64,000 nt of DNA from Nitriliruptoraceae bacterium (GTDB lineage Bacteria > Actinomycetota > Nitriliruptoria > Nitriliruptorales > Nitriliruptoraceae): contig JAWLFE010000007.1 in assembly GCA_041685735.1 (NCBI GenBank), forward strand, positions 1,397-65,396, written 5' to 3'. How positions within the stretch are numbered: the stretch's first letter is position 1; each line of letters starts with the position of its first letter. Under the pieces are notes generated by a model. That model had not been told where the DNA came from. It searched no databases and saw only the letters and a list, made by a program, of their open reading frames with translations. Shown one piece after another: positions 33,644 to 43,066 of this stretch. A program made the translations under genes and the position numbers.

Positions 33644-34633
33644 TCAGAGCATGTCCTCGACCGCGGCGCGCTCCTCCTGGAGCTCCGCGACGGTCGCGTT
33701 GAGCTTGTCCTGGGTGAACTCGGACAGTTCGAGCCCCTGGACGATCTCGTAGGAGCCGGCACCGTCGGTGGTGACCGGGAACCCGGAGATGATGCCGTCG
33801 GGGACGCCGTAGGAGCCGTCCGAGGGGACGGCCATCGAGACCCAGTCGCCGTCGGAGGTGGGCTTGCCGCCACACCAGTTCGCGACGTGATCGACCAACG
33901 CGTTGGCTGCCGAGGCCGCCGAGGAGGACCCGCGGGCATCGATGATCGCCTTGCCCCGCTGCTGCACGGTCGTCAGGAACTCACCTTCGAGCCAGGCACG
34001 GTCGGTGATGACCTCCGGCAGTGGCCGGCCACCGAGGCGGGCGTTGTCGACGTCGGGAACCATCGTCGGCGAGTGGTTGCCCCAGACAGCCAGGTTGGTG
34101 ACCTCGGCGACCGGCACGCCGGCCTTCTTCGCGAGCTGGCTCTTCGCACGGTTCTCGTCGAGCCGCACCATCGCGGTGAACCGGTCCGTCGGCACGCCGT
34201 CGGCGTTGGCCGCGGCGATGAGCGCGTTGGTGTTGGCCGGGTTGCCGACGACCGCGACCTTCAGGTCCGAGGCGCCCGCCGATGCAAGCGCCCGGCCCTG
34301 ACCCGTGAAGATCGCACCGTTGTCCTTCAACAGGTCCGCCCGCTCCATGCCCGGACCGCGCGGCTTCGCCCCCACGAGGCAGGCCACGTTCGTGCCGTCG
34401 AAGGCCTCCTCCGCATCGTCGGTCAGGGTCATCCCGGCCAACAGCGGGAACGCGCCGTCGTCGAGTTCCATCGCGACACCCTCGAGCGCACCGAGGGCCG
34501 GCGTGATCTCCAGCATCTGCAGGTGCACCGGCGTGTCGGGCCCGAACATCTGGCCCGAGGCGATGCGGAAGACCAGGGCGTAGCCGATCTGGCCGGCGGC
34601 TCCGGTGATGGCGACACGGACGGGGGTGCTCAT
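33644..34633 (-). CDS. mdh: Malate dehydrogenase
   Basis: I trimmed the listed ORF to the ATG at 34633, which has an [39 protein letters not shown] and the rest of the sequence match MDH. Confidence 0.9.
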   Translation of the reverse strand: MSTPVRVAITGAAGQIGYALVFRIASGQMFGPDTPVHLQMLEITPALGALEGVAMELDDGAFPLLAGMTLTDDAEEAFDGTNVACLVGAKPRGPGMERADLLKDNGAIFTGQGRALASAGASDLKVAVVGNPANTNALIAAANADGVPTDRFTAMVRLDENRAKSQLAKKAGVPVAEVTNLAVWGNHSPTMVPDVDNARLGGRPLPEVITDRAWLEGEFLTTVQQRGKAIIDARGSSSAASAANALVDHVANWCGGKPTSDGDWVSMAVPSDGSYGVPDGIISGFPVTTDGAGSYEIVQGLELSEFTQDKLNATVAELQEERAAVEDML

Positions 34634-34674
34634 GGTGGCTCCTGCAACGACGTCGAGGTTGCTCATCAGCCTAG

Positions 34675-35547
34675 TCAGCGACGCGGCAGCCCCCGTCGGG
34701 CGCGCGCGGCCTCCAGCGTGTTCTGCAGCAGCATCGTGACCGTCATCGGCCCGACCCCGCCGGGGACCGGGGTGATGGCCTCCGCGACCTCCGCGACCTC
34801 GTCGTACGCGACGTCGCCGATGAGCTTGCCATCATCACCGCGGTTGGTGCCGACATCGATCACGACCGTGCCGGGCGCCACCATGTCGGCCGTCACGAGC
34901 CCGGCGACACCCACGGCCGCGATCAGCACATCGGCCTGGCGACACACGCCGGCCAGGTCACGCGTGCGGGAGTGGGCGAGGGTCACGGTCGCATCGCGGC
35001 CCTTCAGCGTGAGCATGACCGACAGGGGTCGACCCACGAGGTTGGATCGGCCCACGATGACCACGTTCGCGCCGGCCACCTCGACACCGGCGTGGTCGAG
35101 GATCTCCAGCACGCCGTAGGGCGTGCAGGACAGGAAGGTCGGGTCGCCGACGGCCAGCCGGCCGGCCGTGTACGGGTTCAGCGCGTCGACGTCCTTGTCG
35201 GGGGTGATCAGCTCCTGGACCGGTCGGGGATCGAGGTGATCGGGCAGCGGCAGTTGGACCAGGATGCCGTCGATCTCATCGTCCTCGTTGAGGTCGCGCA
35301 CGACCCGTTCGAGCCCCTCCTGGGCCGTGTCGTCCGGCAGCACGATCTGGCGGGAGACCATCCCTGCGGCTTCCGAGGCGCGATGCTTCATCCCCACGTA
35401 GACCTGGGATGCGGGATCCTCGCCGACCAGGACCGCGGCCAGCCCGGGGACGATCCCGTGCTCCGCCGTCAGCGCGGCGACGTCGGCCGCGATCCGTGCC
35501 CGGACCTCGGTTGCCAATGCCTTGCCGTCCAGCACGCGTGCGGTCAT
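34675..35547 (-). CDS. folD: Bifunctional methylenetetrahydrofolate dehydrogenase/cyclohydrolase
   Basis: [12 protein letters not shown]...[24 protein letters not shown]...[10 protein letters not shown]...[20 protein letters not shown] upstream. Confidence 0.92.
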   Translation of the reverse strand: MTARVLDGKALATEVRARIAADVAALTAEHGIVPGLAAVLVGEDPASQVYVGMKHRASEAAGMVSRQIVLPDDTAQEGLERVVRDLNEDDEIDGILVQLPLPDHLDPRPVQELITPDKDVDALNPYTAGRLAVGDPTFLSCTPYGVLEILDHAGVEVAGANVVIVGRSNLVGRPLSVMLTLKGRDATVTLAHSRTRDLAGVCRQADVLIAAVGVAGLVTADMVAPGTVVIDVGTNRGDDGKLIGDVAYDEVAEVAEAITPVPGGVGPMTVTMLLQNTLEAARARRGLPRR

Positions 35548-35616
35548 CCCGGAACCTCCCGGTCGGTGGTGGGCCCCTTCGGACCCGGTTCGGACTCGGT
35601 GTCGCGATCGTCGCGA

Positions 35617-37158
35617 TCAGTGGCGGAAGTGGCGACGGGCGGTGAAGACCATCGGGATGCCGTGTTCGTCGGCAGCGGCGATGACCTCCTCGTCACGCAC
35701 CGATCCGCCGGGCTGGACGATAGCGGCCACACCCGCCGCCGCCGCGGCGTCCGGGCCGTCCCGGAACGGGAAGAACGCATCGCTGGCCAGCACCGCACCG
35801 GTGTGGCGCTCGCCCGATCGCTCGACCGCCAGACGGACACTGTCAACTCGACTCATCTGCCCGGCACCGACCCCCACGAGCTGCCGGTCCTTCGCGAGCA
35901 CGATGGCGTTGGACTTGGTGTGCTTGCACACCGTCCACGCGAACCGCAGATCGGCCAACGTCGCCTCGTCCGGCTGCGCCGAGGTGACCACCCGCCACTC
36001 GTCCCACGGTTCGTCACCGACATCGGCATCCTGGACCAGGAGTCCGCCGGTCACGCTCCGGATCTGCCAGGCTCCCTGCGGCCGTCGCGCCGAGGGCATC
36101 GACAGGATCCGTAGGTTGGCCTTGGTCCGCAGCACCTCGAGCGCCGCATCCTCGAACCCCGGCGCGATCACGACCTCGGTGAAGACCTCGATGATCCGCT
36201 CGGCCGTCGCGGCATCGATCGGTCGGTTGCTTGCCACGATGCCGCCGAAGGCACTGACCGGGTCCCCCTCCAGGGCGCGCTCGTACGCGGTCGCCAGGTC
36301 GGCGGCGACCGCCATCCCGGCGGGGTTGGTGTGCTTGATGATCGCCACACAGGGCTCATCGAGGTCGATGGCCATACCCCAGGCCGCGTCGGTGTCCAGG
36401 AGGTTGTTGTACGAGAGCTCCTTGCCCCCGAGCTGCTCCGCCGCTGCCAACCCGCCGACGGAACCGTCGGTGTACAGGGCGGCCGCCTGGTGGGGGTTCT
36501 CGCCGTACCGCAGCACCGCGGTCCGCGGTAGCGCGATCGACAACTGCTCGGGGAGTGCGTGCTCGCGCTGGAACCAGGTGGCGACGGCCGCGTCATAGGC
36601 TGCGGTGTGCTGGAAGGCGGTACTCGCCAATCGACGGCGCAGGTCATCGGTCAAACCCCCGTGCTCGCTGATCTGCGCGAGCGCCTCGTCGTAGTCCGCC
36701 GGATCGACCAGGACGCCGACCGACCGGTGGTTCTTCGCCGCGGCACGCACCATGGTGGGTCCACCGATGTCGATCATCTCCACGACGTCGGCCTCCGTCG
36801 CACCAGCGGCCACGGTGTCCTGGAAGGGGTAGAGGTTGACCACCACCAGGTCGATCGGTCCAACCTCCAGCTCATCGAGTTGTGCGAGGTGCTCGTCCAC
36901 GTGCCGGTCGGCGAGGATGCCCGCGTGGATCCTCGGGTGCAGCGTCTTGACCCGCCCGTCGAGGCACTCGGGGAACCCGGTGACGTCGGCGACCTCGGTC
37001 ACCTCGATCCCTGCATCCCGGATGACACCAGCCGTCGAGCCGGTCGAGAGGATCTGCACGTCGGCAGCCGCCAGCGCAGCGGCCAGCTCCGCGACCCCGG
37101 TCTTGTCGAAACAGCTGATCAACGCGCGCCGGACCTGCATCGTCTGGTCGGTGGTCAC
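35617..37158 (-). CDS. purH: Bifunctional AICAR transformylase / IMP cyclohydrolase
   Basis: RRALISCFDKTG...GRVKTLHPRIHAGIL...C-terminal ARRHFRH. The GTG at 37158 overlaps the purN stop (GTGA). An ATG 6 codons downstream is an alternative start. Confidence 0.92.
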   Translation of the reverse strand: MTTDQTMQVRRALISCFDKTGVAELAAALAAADVQILSTGSTAGVIRDAGIEVTEVADVTGFPECLDGRVKTLHPRIHAGILADRHVDEHLAQLDELEVGPIDLVVVNLYPFQDTVAAGATEADVVEMIDIGGPTMVRAAAKNHRSVGVLVDPADYDEALAQISEHGGLTDDLRRRLASTAFQHTAAYDAAVATWFQREHALPEQLSIALPRTAVLRYGENPHQAAALYTDGSVGGLAAAEQLGGKELSYNNLLDTDAAWGMAIDLDEPCVAIIKHTNPAGMAVAADLATAYERALEGDPVSAFGGIVASNRPIDAATAERIIEVFTEVVIAPGFEDAALEVLRTKANLRILSMPSARRPQGAWQIRSVTGGLLVQDADVGDEPWDEWRVVTSAQPDEATLADLRFAWTVCKHTKSNAIVLAKDRQLVGVGAGQMSRVDSVRLAVERSGERHTGAVLASDAFFPFRDGPDAAAAAGVAAIVQPGGSVRDEEVIAAADEHGIPMVFTARRHFRH

Positions 37159-37868
37159 GGGGTCTCCTCCTGCTGATCGTCGGGGTGCTGATCGTCGGGG
37201 TGCTGATGATCGGGGTGCGGACGGATCACGACGGTCCGATCGCGGACCTCCAGGCGATCCTGGCAGAGCAGACCGATGCAGGCCGGGAACAGCTCGTGCT
37301 CGACCGCTCTGATGCGGTCGTGGAGGCTGGCCTCGGTGTCGTCGGAATGCACCTCGACCGCCTGCTGGGCGACGATGGGGCCATGGTCGACCTGATCGTC
37401 GACCAGGTGCACGGTCGAACCGGTGACCTTGACCCCGAACTCCAAGGCATCACGGACGGCGTTGGCACCACGGAACGCCGGGAGCAGCGAGGGATGGGTG
37501 TTGATGACCCGACCCGGCCACGTGCCGACGAACGCGCCCGACAGCACCCGCATGAAGCCGGCCAGCACGATCACCTCGGGGTCGTGGGCGAGCAGACCGG
37601 ATCGCAGCGCCTCCTCCCAGGTGGCGCGATCCGGATGGTCGCTCAGGGCCTCGACCACCGTCGGCACGCCCGCCGCTTCGGCCCGCACCAGGCCGTAGGC
37701 GTCGGGCCGATCCGCGCCCACCACCACGACCTCACCACCGAACGCCGGATCCGAGGCAGCCCGGTCCAGGACCGCCTGGAGGTTCGAGCCACTCCCGGAC
37801 ACCAGCACGGCCACACGCCGGGGGCTGACCAGCATGGCTGCGGACGCATCGATGGGCACGGACGACAC
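37155..37868 (-). CDS. purN: Phosphoribosylglycinamide formyltransferase with a short His/Asp/Gln-rich C-terminal extension
   Basis: VAVLVSGSGSNLQAVL...INTHPSLLPAFRG...GSTVHLVDDQVDHGPI. The tail RPHPDHQHPDDQHPDDQQEETP is encoded by direct 18-bp repeats at about 37170-37215. The start is uncertain (37868 or 37835). Confidence 0.9.
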   Translation of the reverse strand: MSSVPIDASAAMLVSPRRVAVLVSGSGSNLQAVLDRAASDPAFGGEVVVVGADRPDAYGLVRAEAAGVPTVVEALSDHPDRATWEEALRSGLLAHDPEVIVLAGFMRVLSGAFVGTWPGRVINTHPSLLPAFRGANAVRDALEFGVKVTGSTVHLVDDQVDHGPIVAQQAVEVHSDDTEASLHDRIRAVEHELFPACIGLLCQDRLEVRDRTVVIRPHPDHQHPDDQHPDDQQEETP

Positions 37869-37985
37869 CTCGGCTCAACTGGGACGACGGTCGGTCCACG
37901 ACCCGGACCGATGAGACCGGCCCCGATCCTAACGGGCGGGCCTCGCCCGGGGCGGGGCGAGGAGCTGGCCGTCACCGGGACCGAT

Positions 37986-38719
37986 GTGGGCGCGCAACCC
38001 ACCAACGACACGGCCCGTGCGGATCTCCGAGCCGCGGAAGAGCGGCTCGATCGGCTCAGCGACGAGTTCAACGGAGCGGTCGACGACGACAACCTGGCGC
38101 AGCAGGACCTCGAGGTGGCCCGACTGGCGGCCGCCGAGGCGGATGCCGGGCTCGTCGCGTTGCGACACGAGCGCGTGCTGCTCACCGACGCGACCACGAT
38201 GCACATCCGGCAGCTGCACAAGCTCGGACCGACGATCGAGCTGACGTCGATGTTCTCCGCCAGAGCCGCCGGCGACGCCAGTCAGCGCACCGCGTTGCTG
38301 CGTCGCGTCCAGCGAGCAGCCAGCAGACCGACCTGGAGAGCCTGGGGGCAACGGCCGCGTCCCTGGAGGTCGCCGAAGCCCGCCTGATCGAACAGCGGGA
38401 CGCCGCCGTCACACAGGCTGCCCGGGTCGAGCAGCAGCGCGACCGGATGGAGCGCACGCTCGCGGCCCAGCAGGTTGAGGTCGCCGAACTCGAGGTCACG
38501 CTGCCACGGACATCGGCCAGCCAGTTCGCCAACCTCCGGCGCGTCTCGCGCGGTGAGCTCCAGCCCGGCGACCTGGTGTTCGCCGGTTCGCCCCGCGTGC
38601 ACCACGTCGGCATGTACATCGGCGACGGCCAGATCGTGCACTCCCCACGGGCCGGCAAGCCGGTCGAGATCCGGTCCATGCAACGCTCCGACCTCCGGGG
38701 CTTCGGTCGCCCGGGCTGA
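37986..38719 (+). pseudogene. Degenerate NlpC/P60 (RipA-like) cell-wall hydrolase gene. It has a frameshift, lacks the catalytic Cys segment and has no signal peptide
   Basis: The coiled-coil N-terminal part lies in frame 3 (ARADLRAAEERLDRLSDEFNGAV...) up to about 38310. Coding signal then continues in frame 2 (SSQQTDLESLGATAASLEVAEARL...). That frame ends with the P60 C-terminal part LPRTSASQ...LQPGDLVFAG...HHVGMYIGDGQIVHSPRAGKPV. The frame 2 part contains no Cys at all. Confidence 0.55.
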
Positions 38720-38730
38720 CCGAGGTCGGA

Positions 38731-38967
38731 TCACGGCCCTTCGGCGCCGTCCTCGAGCACCGCGGTGGCGATCCGTCGGGCCTCATCGATCCGGGCCTCG
38801 TCGACGAAGATGCGCACCCCCCAGTCGGCGGCCGAGACGAACCGGGTGAACCGACCCGGGCTCTTGTGCCACCAGACGATCTCCGCGGCATCGAGCCCAT
38901 CGGCGATGGCCATCGCATTGCCATCCTCGAACTGTCCGAGTTCGACCGTCCTGACGCGATCGGTCAT
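38731..38967 (-). CDS. Hypothetical small protein (78 aa)
   Basis: ATG start and good GC3. No motif I recognise. Confidence 0.5.
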   Translation of the reverse strand: MTDRVRTVELGQFEDGNAMAIADGLDAAEIVWWHKSPGRFTRFVSAADWGVRIFVDEARIDEARRIATAVLEDGAEGP

Positions 38968-39025
38968 GGCGAGCCCCGTCCACGGTCGTCGCCCCGCGCC
39001 TGGCCCGTGGCACCTGGTGTCGTCC

Positions 39026-39322
39026 TCATGCTGCGAGCCTCCGCAGGCGGAACGCCTTGACGAAGCACCACACCGAGGCCCCGACGAGCGGCAGGCCGGC
39101 GAGGAGCACGCGCAGGTCCCCGGGGCCGATCAGCATGGTCAACGCGTTCGCCCCCGTCATGATCAGCACCCCGGCACTGGTCCAGACCGTGGCCTGGGCG
39201 CGCAGGTTGTCGGGGTCCCCCGGCTCGCTGGACCGGAAGCGCCGGTAGCCGAGGAACATCGCCACCAGTGCCGCGATGCCGGCGACGAACGTGGCCAGTT
39301 CGACGACCATCGTGGCGGTCAC
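39026..39322 (-). CDS. Small membrane protein (about 3 TM segments)
   Basis: GTG start and good GC3. Hydrophobic segments: VVELATFVAGIAALVAMFLG, TSAGVLIMTGANALTMLIG, LLAGLPLVGASVWCFV. Confidence 0.55.
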   Translation of the reverse strand: MTATMVVELATFVAGIAALVAMFLGYRRFRSSEPGDPDNLRAQATVWTSAGVLIMTGANALTMLIGPGDLRVLLAGLPLVGASVWCFVKAFRLRRLAA

Positions 39323-39452
39323 AGGTGCGCTCCGGGCTGCGGGGACATCGAGGGACTGCGCACCTGTCGCTCCGGCGCGGCAGCCCCCGCACGGTACCGA
39401 CGCGGACCGGCGGTCCGTGCCGGTCCTGCCCGCGTAGGCTTCGCGCAGACCC

Positions 39453-39539
39453 GCGGGCGTGGCGGAGTCGGCAGACGCAGGGAACTTAAAATTCCCCGGG
39501 CGAGAGCCCGCGTGGGTTCGAATCCCACCGCCCGCACCA
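39453..39539 (+). tRNA. tRNA-Leu, anticodon UAA (reads UUA), class II with a long variable arm and an encoded CCA
   Basis: Folded by hand. Acceptor stem GCGGGCG/CGCCCGC. Anticodon stem GGGAA/TTCCC with loop CTTAAAA. Variable arm CGGGC-GAGA-GCCCG. T arm GTGGG-TTCGAAT-CCCAC. Discriminator A, then CCA. Total 87 nt. Confidence 0.9.
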
Positions 39540-39553
39540 CCGCCCGCACCGGG

Positions 39554-41062
39554 TCACGACGAGCCGACCTCGGCCTGATCGGGCGTCCCAGCATCCGTGG
39601 CCCGCCCCTCGGCGGTGAGCCGGACCAGCGGCCCCTTGGAGAAGGGCGAGGGTCCCGTCAGCGTCACACCGGCAGCCTCCCACGCCGCCCGCGGCAGGCC
39701 CACATCGGCGAGGTAGGTGTCCCCGACGTAGGGCTGCACGATCGCCTCGTTCAACGCCATGGTCGGCAGCCCGATCACCACGGTCACGTCTGCGGTGATG
39801 CACGCTCCCTGGAGCCCGATGTCGGCCGACACCCCACTCGGCAGGTCCAGGCCGATCACCGGGACGTCATAGCGGCGCAGCCACGTCGCCGCCACCTCGG
39901 GGAGGGCACGCAACGGCGGCTCGGCACCGATGCCGAGCATGGCGTCGATGACGACCTCGCCGGGCGGCCCCACCTCCTCCAGCCCGTCGGGTGCCACAGC
40001 CCGGACGGGGACCCCGGCGTCACGCAGCAGGTGCGTCTGTTGCGGGAAGCGCGGCGCCCCGACGGTCAGGACCTGCACCTCGGCGCCGGCACTGGCCAGC
40101 AGGCGCGCCGCGGCCAGCCCGCCCGCACCGTTGCTGGACGGCCCCGCGAGGATCGTGACCACGACCCCGTCGGTGTCACCACCCCGCAACCGGCGGACCG
40201 TGTGGGCCAGGGCCCGGCCGGCGTGCTCCGCTCGACGCACCGCGTCGTCGCCACGCTCATCGGCCCATGCCCGGGCACGACGGATCTGGTCAGCGGTGAC
40301 GTGGGGGAGCAGCGACTGCTCGAGGGCCGGCAGGTCACCCTCCAGCCGGGCGCGTCGCTGCCACGACGGGGCCGATTCCCACGGACGCACCGCCCGGTCG
40401 TCGCCCAGGGATTCCGGGGTCGCCCCGCGGTTCCAGTCCTCGACCGCGACGTCGAGCAGCAGCGACATCACGACCGCCGTCGCTCCCCACAACAGGTCGT
40501 CGTCGAGTTGCCAGGCCCAGGTCGAACCCCGGAGCGACAACGGGGCATGACGCCAGCGGTCGGGGTCGAGCAGGTGGGTGAGGGGCACACGCAGGACCTC
40601 GTCGACCTCCCAGGGGTTCTCCGTGAGTTGGTGCGGTGCGACCCACCGCGCGACCACCGGGACGACCCAGAACCGGGAGGGCGGGATGTAGAAGGTCGGT
40701 CCGGATCCGACCACCTCGACGCTGTCGGATCGCAGGCCCACCTCCTCGTGCGCCTCACGAAGCGCTGCATCATGGATCGTCTCGCCAGGGTCGAGGCGTC
40801 CGCCGGCGAACGAGACCTGTCCGGGGTGGGACCGAAGATCGCGGCGACGACGCGTGAGCACGACCCGCGGCCCCTCGTCGGTGTCCTCGAGCACCACCAG
40901 GACGGCGCCGACACGTGCGTCCGCGGGCGGTGTCCTGGCTTCCTCGGGCACCTCGGCGAGCGCTGCTCGGAGCCGGGCCCAGAACACCTCGGGCTGCAAC
41001 CGCGGGTCCATCCGGGCCTCCTCCATCTCCACGTCCAACGGCAGCTGGGCATCGAGCCACAC
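39554..41062 (-). CDS. Fusion protein: N-terminal NUDIX hydrolase (CoA-pyrophosphatase-like) plus C-terminal YjeF_N-type NAD(P)HX epimerase
   Basis: The NUDIX box is GGRLDPGETIHDAALREAHEEVGL. The C-terminal half (VVVTILAGPSSNGAGGLAAARLLASAGAEVQV...VVIDAMLGIG...VIGLDLPSG) follows the YjeF_N pattern. The start is uncertain (41062, 41026 or 41011). Confidence 0.8.
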   Translation of the reverse strand: MWLDAQLPLDVEMEEARMDPRLQPEVFWARLRAALAEVPEEARTPPADARVGAVLVVLEDTDEGPRVVLTRRRRDLRSHPGQVSFAGGRLDPGETIHDAALREAHEEVGLRSDSVEVVGSGPTFYIPPSRFWVVPVVARWVAPHQLTENPWEVDEVLRVPLTHLLDPDRWRHAPLSLRGSTWAWQLDDDLLWGATAVVMSLLLDVAVEDWNRGATPESLGDDRAVRPWESAPSWQRRARLEGDLPALEQSLLPHVTADQIRRARAWADERGDDAVRRAEHAGRALAHTVRRLRGGDTDGVVVTILAGPSSNGAGGLAAARLLASAGAEVQVLTVGAPRFPQQTHLLRDAGVPVRAVAPDGLEEVGPPGEVVIDAMLGIGAEPPLRALPEVAATWLRRYDVPVIGLDLPSGVSADIGLQGACITADVTVVIGLPTMALNEAIVQPYVGDTYLADVGLPRAAWEAAGVTLTGPSPFSKGPLVRLTAEGRATDAGTPDQAEVGSS

Positions 41063-41080
41063 CGCGCCTGCCCGGGCCGG

Positions 41081-42043
41081 TCAGGCGAGGGATGCGACCA
41101 GCCCGTCGAGATTGTCGGCTTCGCTGACGACGACCTCGGCGAAACCGTAACGGGCCAGGACCGCGGTCAGGATGAGGGCACCACCGTGGATCACGTCCTC
41201 GCGACCGGCCTGCATGGGGCCGAGCTCCGCGCGCTGGGCCGAGGTCGACGAGACCAGCCGGAAGCTCAGGTCCGCGAGGGCATCGGCCGGGATGCGCGCA
41301 CCGTGGATGCGCGACGCCTCGTAGGTATCGAGCCCCAGGTGCAGCGCGGCGAGGGTCGTCGCGGTCCCCGCCACACCGATCAGGGCAGCCGCATCCGCGA
41401 GCGCGACACCCTGTTCGGCCAGGCGCGCGTCGGCCTCGTCGAGCCGATCCGTGATGAACGCCTGCGCGTCGACGAGATGCTTGGCGCTGACCGGATCGGC
41501 CAACAGGCAGCGCTCGGTGAGTCGGACGCACCCGAGCTGCAGCGACACACTGCCCGCAAGGCCGTCGTCGTCGCCGATGATCAACTCGGTCGACCCACCA
41601 CCGATGTCGATCACGGCCGTGGGTGCCGCGACATCCACGGCTCGGGCGGCACCGGCGAAGGCCAGCGACGCCTCCTCAGCGCCCGAGATGACCTGGGCAT
41701 CGATGCCGGTCGCCGCGCGGACACCGTCGAAGAAGCGCTCACGGTCGACAGCGTCACGGACGGCGGAGGTCGCGGCGATGCGGACCCGGTCCGTGACACC
41801 GTGCTGTCGCCAGACGTCCCGGTACCCGCTGATGGTGTCCAGGGATCGTTGCAGAGCAGCATCGTCGAGGCGGCCCGTGGCGTCGACACCGGCCGCCAAC
41901 CGGGTGATGGTCATCTGGCGTGTCAGCCGGTGCCCGTCGCCATCGACGACCAACAGCCGGATCGAGTTGGAACCGACGTCGATGGCGGCGCGGGGGTCGG
42001 ACCGAGGGTCGGACCTGGGGTCGGGTCGGGCAGCGGTCTGCAT
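41081..42043 (-). CDS. ppx: Ppx/GppA family exopolyphosphatase
   Basis: AAIDVGSNSIRLLVVD...AATSAVRDA...VIDIGGGSTELI. Its ATG abuts the DUF501 TAG stop. Confidence 0.85.
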   Translation of the reverse strand: MQTAARPDPRSDPRSDPRAAIDVGSNSIRLLVVDGDGHRLTRQMTITRLAAGVDATGRLDDAALQRSLDTISGYRDVWRQHGVTDRVRIAATSAVRDAVDRERFFDGVRAATGIDAQVISGAEEASLAFAGAARAVDVAAPTAVIDIGGGSTELIIGDDDGLAGSVSLQLGCVRLTERCLLADPVSAKHLVDAQAFITDRLDEADARLAEQGVALADAAALIGVAGTATTLAALHLGLDTYEASRIHGARIPADALADLSFRLVSSTSAQRAELGPMQAGREDVIHGGALILTAVLARYGFAEVVVSEADNLDGLVASLA

Positions 42044-42685
42044 CTAGGGCTCCGTCCAGGCCTGTATCTCGTCCTCGGACACGCAGGGTCCGGGACACGG
42101 AGCCGGCGTGGCGTGCTCGACGGTCCACGCACCGATCGGGTTGTCCCCGGTCGCGAGGTGATGGGCGGCATGGACGTGCAGGCACTTGATGTGCTTCGGC
42201 ATGCCACCCGCCCCTGGATCGCCCGGGAGTGGGTCTCCCTGTGCATCACGGAACGCGACGTAGCGCTCGTGGGCGTCGCGGTACGCAGCGGCGAGGTCCG
42301 GCTCGTCCTCGAGCCGCTGGTTCAGACCGACCATGTGGTGATCGGCCTCCAGCGTGCCGACCCGCGAGCGCAGGACCGGACAGGACAGCCAGAAGACCGT
42401 CGGGAAGGGGGTGCCGTCCTCGAGCCGCGGTGCGACGCGCACGACGGTCGGGAGCCCGAACCGGCAGGTGTGCACCACCGCCGGATCACCCCGCGCAGGA
42501 CGACCGAGCTGCGCGGAGATGATGGCACGCTCACGCGGCCCGGCGGCGGGTGCCGATCCGGCCTGCTCGTAGGAGGCCTGCGGATCGGGCCGGACCGCAT
42601 CGGTGAGGGGGCCGGCCGCCGGCTCGTCCCCGGCGGCGTCCCCACCGTCCTGGACGGGGTCGGGGGCCCCGTCCGCGGAGGTCAC
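42044..42685 (-). CDS. DUF501 domain protein
   Basis: GLPTVVRVAPRLEDGTPFPTVFWLSCPVL...GMPKHIKCLHVHAAHHLA. It occupies the conserved position between ftsB and ppx seen in actinobacteria. Confidence 0.8.
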   Translation of the reverse strand: MTSADGAPDPVQDGGDAAGDEPAAGPLTDAVRPDPQASYEQAGSAPAAGPRERAIISAQLGRPARGDPAVVHTCRFGLPTVVRVAPRLEDGTPFPTVFWLSCPVLRSRVGTLEADHHMVGLNQRLEDEPDLAAAYRDAHERYVAFRDAQGDPLPGDPGAGGMPKHIKCLHVHAAHHLATGDNPIGAWTVEHATPAPCPGPCVSEDEIQAWTEP

Positions 42686-43066
42686 GACACCTTGCCGCGC
42701 TTCTGGCGGCGCGCCTCACCCTGGATCATCTGGGACTTGTGCATGAAGCGGCGCAACCGCTTGTTGAAGTCCTTGTCGAGCTTGGAACGCAGGTGGGGGG
42801 TCTCCTCCTCCTGCCACTCGGGGTCCGCTCGCTTGATCGACAGGTCGACCTTGCCGTCCTCCTTGACATCGAGGACCTTGACATCGACCTCGTCGCCTTC
42901 AGCGAGGTAGGCGTAGATGTTCTCGACGAAATCGGCATCGACCTCGGAGACGTGGACCAGGCCGGTGGCCAGGCCTCCGTCTTCGGTCTGTACCTCGACG
43001 AACGCGCCGTATTCCTCCAGCCGGACGACCTTGCCCTTGACGATCTCTCCTTGCAGTTCGATCAAC
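42682..43066 (-). CDS. S1 RNA-binding domain protein (GSP13/YugI-like)
   Basis: GEIVKGKVVRLEEYGAFVEVQTEDGGLATGLVHVSEVDADFVENIYAYLAEGDEVDVKVLDVKEDGKVDLSIK. GC3 collapses upstream of about 43070, so I trimmed the listed ORF. The exact start is uncertain (TTG at 43066 or a nearby CTG). Confidence 0.7.

Noticed and set aside
37869-37985. A cyclic-di-AMP (ydaO-type) riboswitch upstream of the NlpC/P60 gene, prompted by the hairpin CCTCGCCC-GGGGCG-GGGCGAGG at about 37933-37958
   Set aside because: The region is short, about 115 nt. I could not match the conserved ydaO sequence blocks as I remember them. Only a covariance-model search (Rfam) could settle this, so I make no call.
39453-39539. tRNA-Leu as an integration site for a genomic island (the CIS locus or the neighbouring genes)
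   Set aside because: There is no integrase, no duplicated tRNA 3' end and no direct repeats nearby. The tRNA is separated from the CIS locus by conserved housekeeping genes (mdh, folD, purH, purN).
38765-42910. A 1381-aa plus-strand ORF. Similar giants occur at 58611..61868 (1085 aa), 46544..49267 (907 aa) and 19591..21951 (786 aa)
   Set aside because: Each runs antisense across several well-supported minus-strand genes (NUDIX fusion, ppx and DUF501; mfd; mazG and PPIase; VgrG and gp25). The first also runs straight through the tRNA-Leu gene. The Arg/Gly/Asp-rich composition is typical of non-coding frames.
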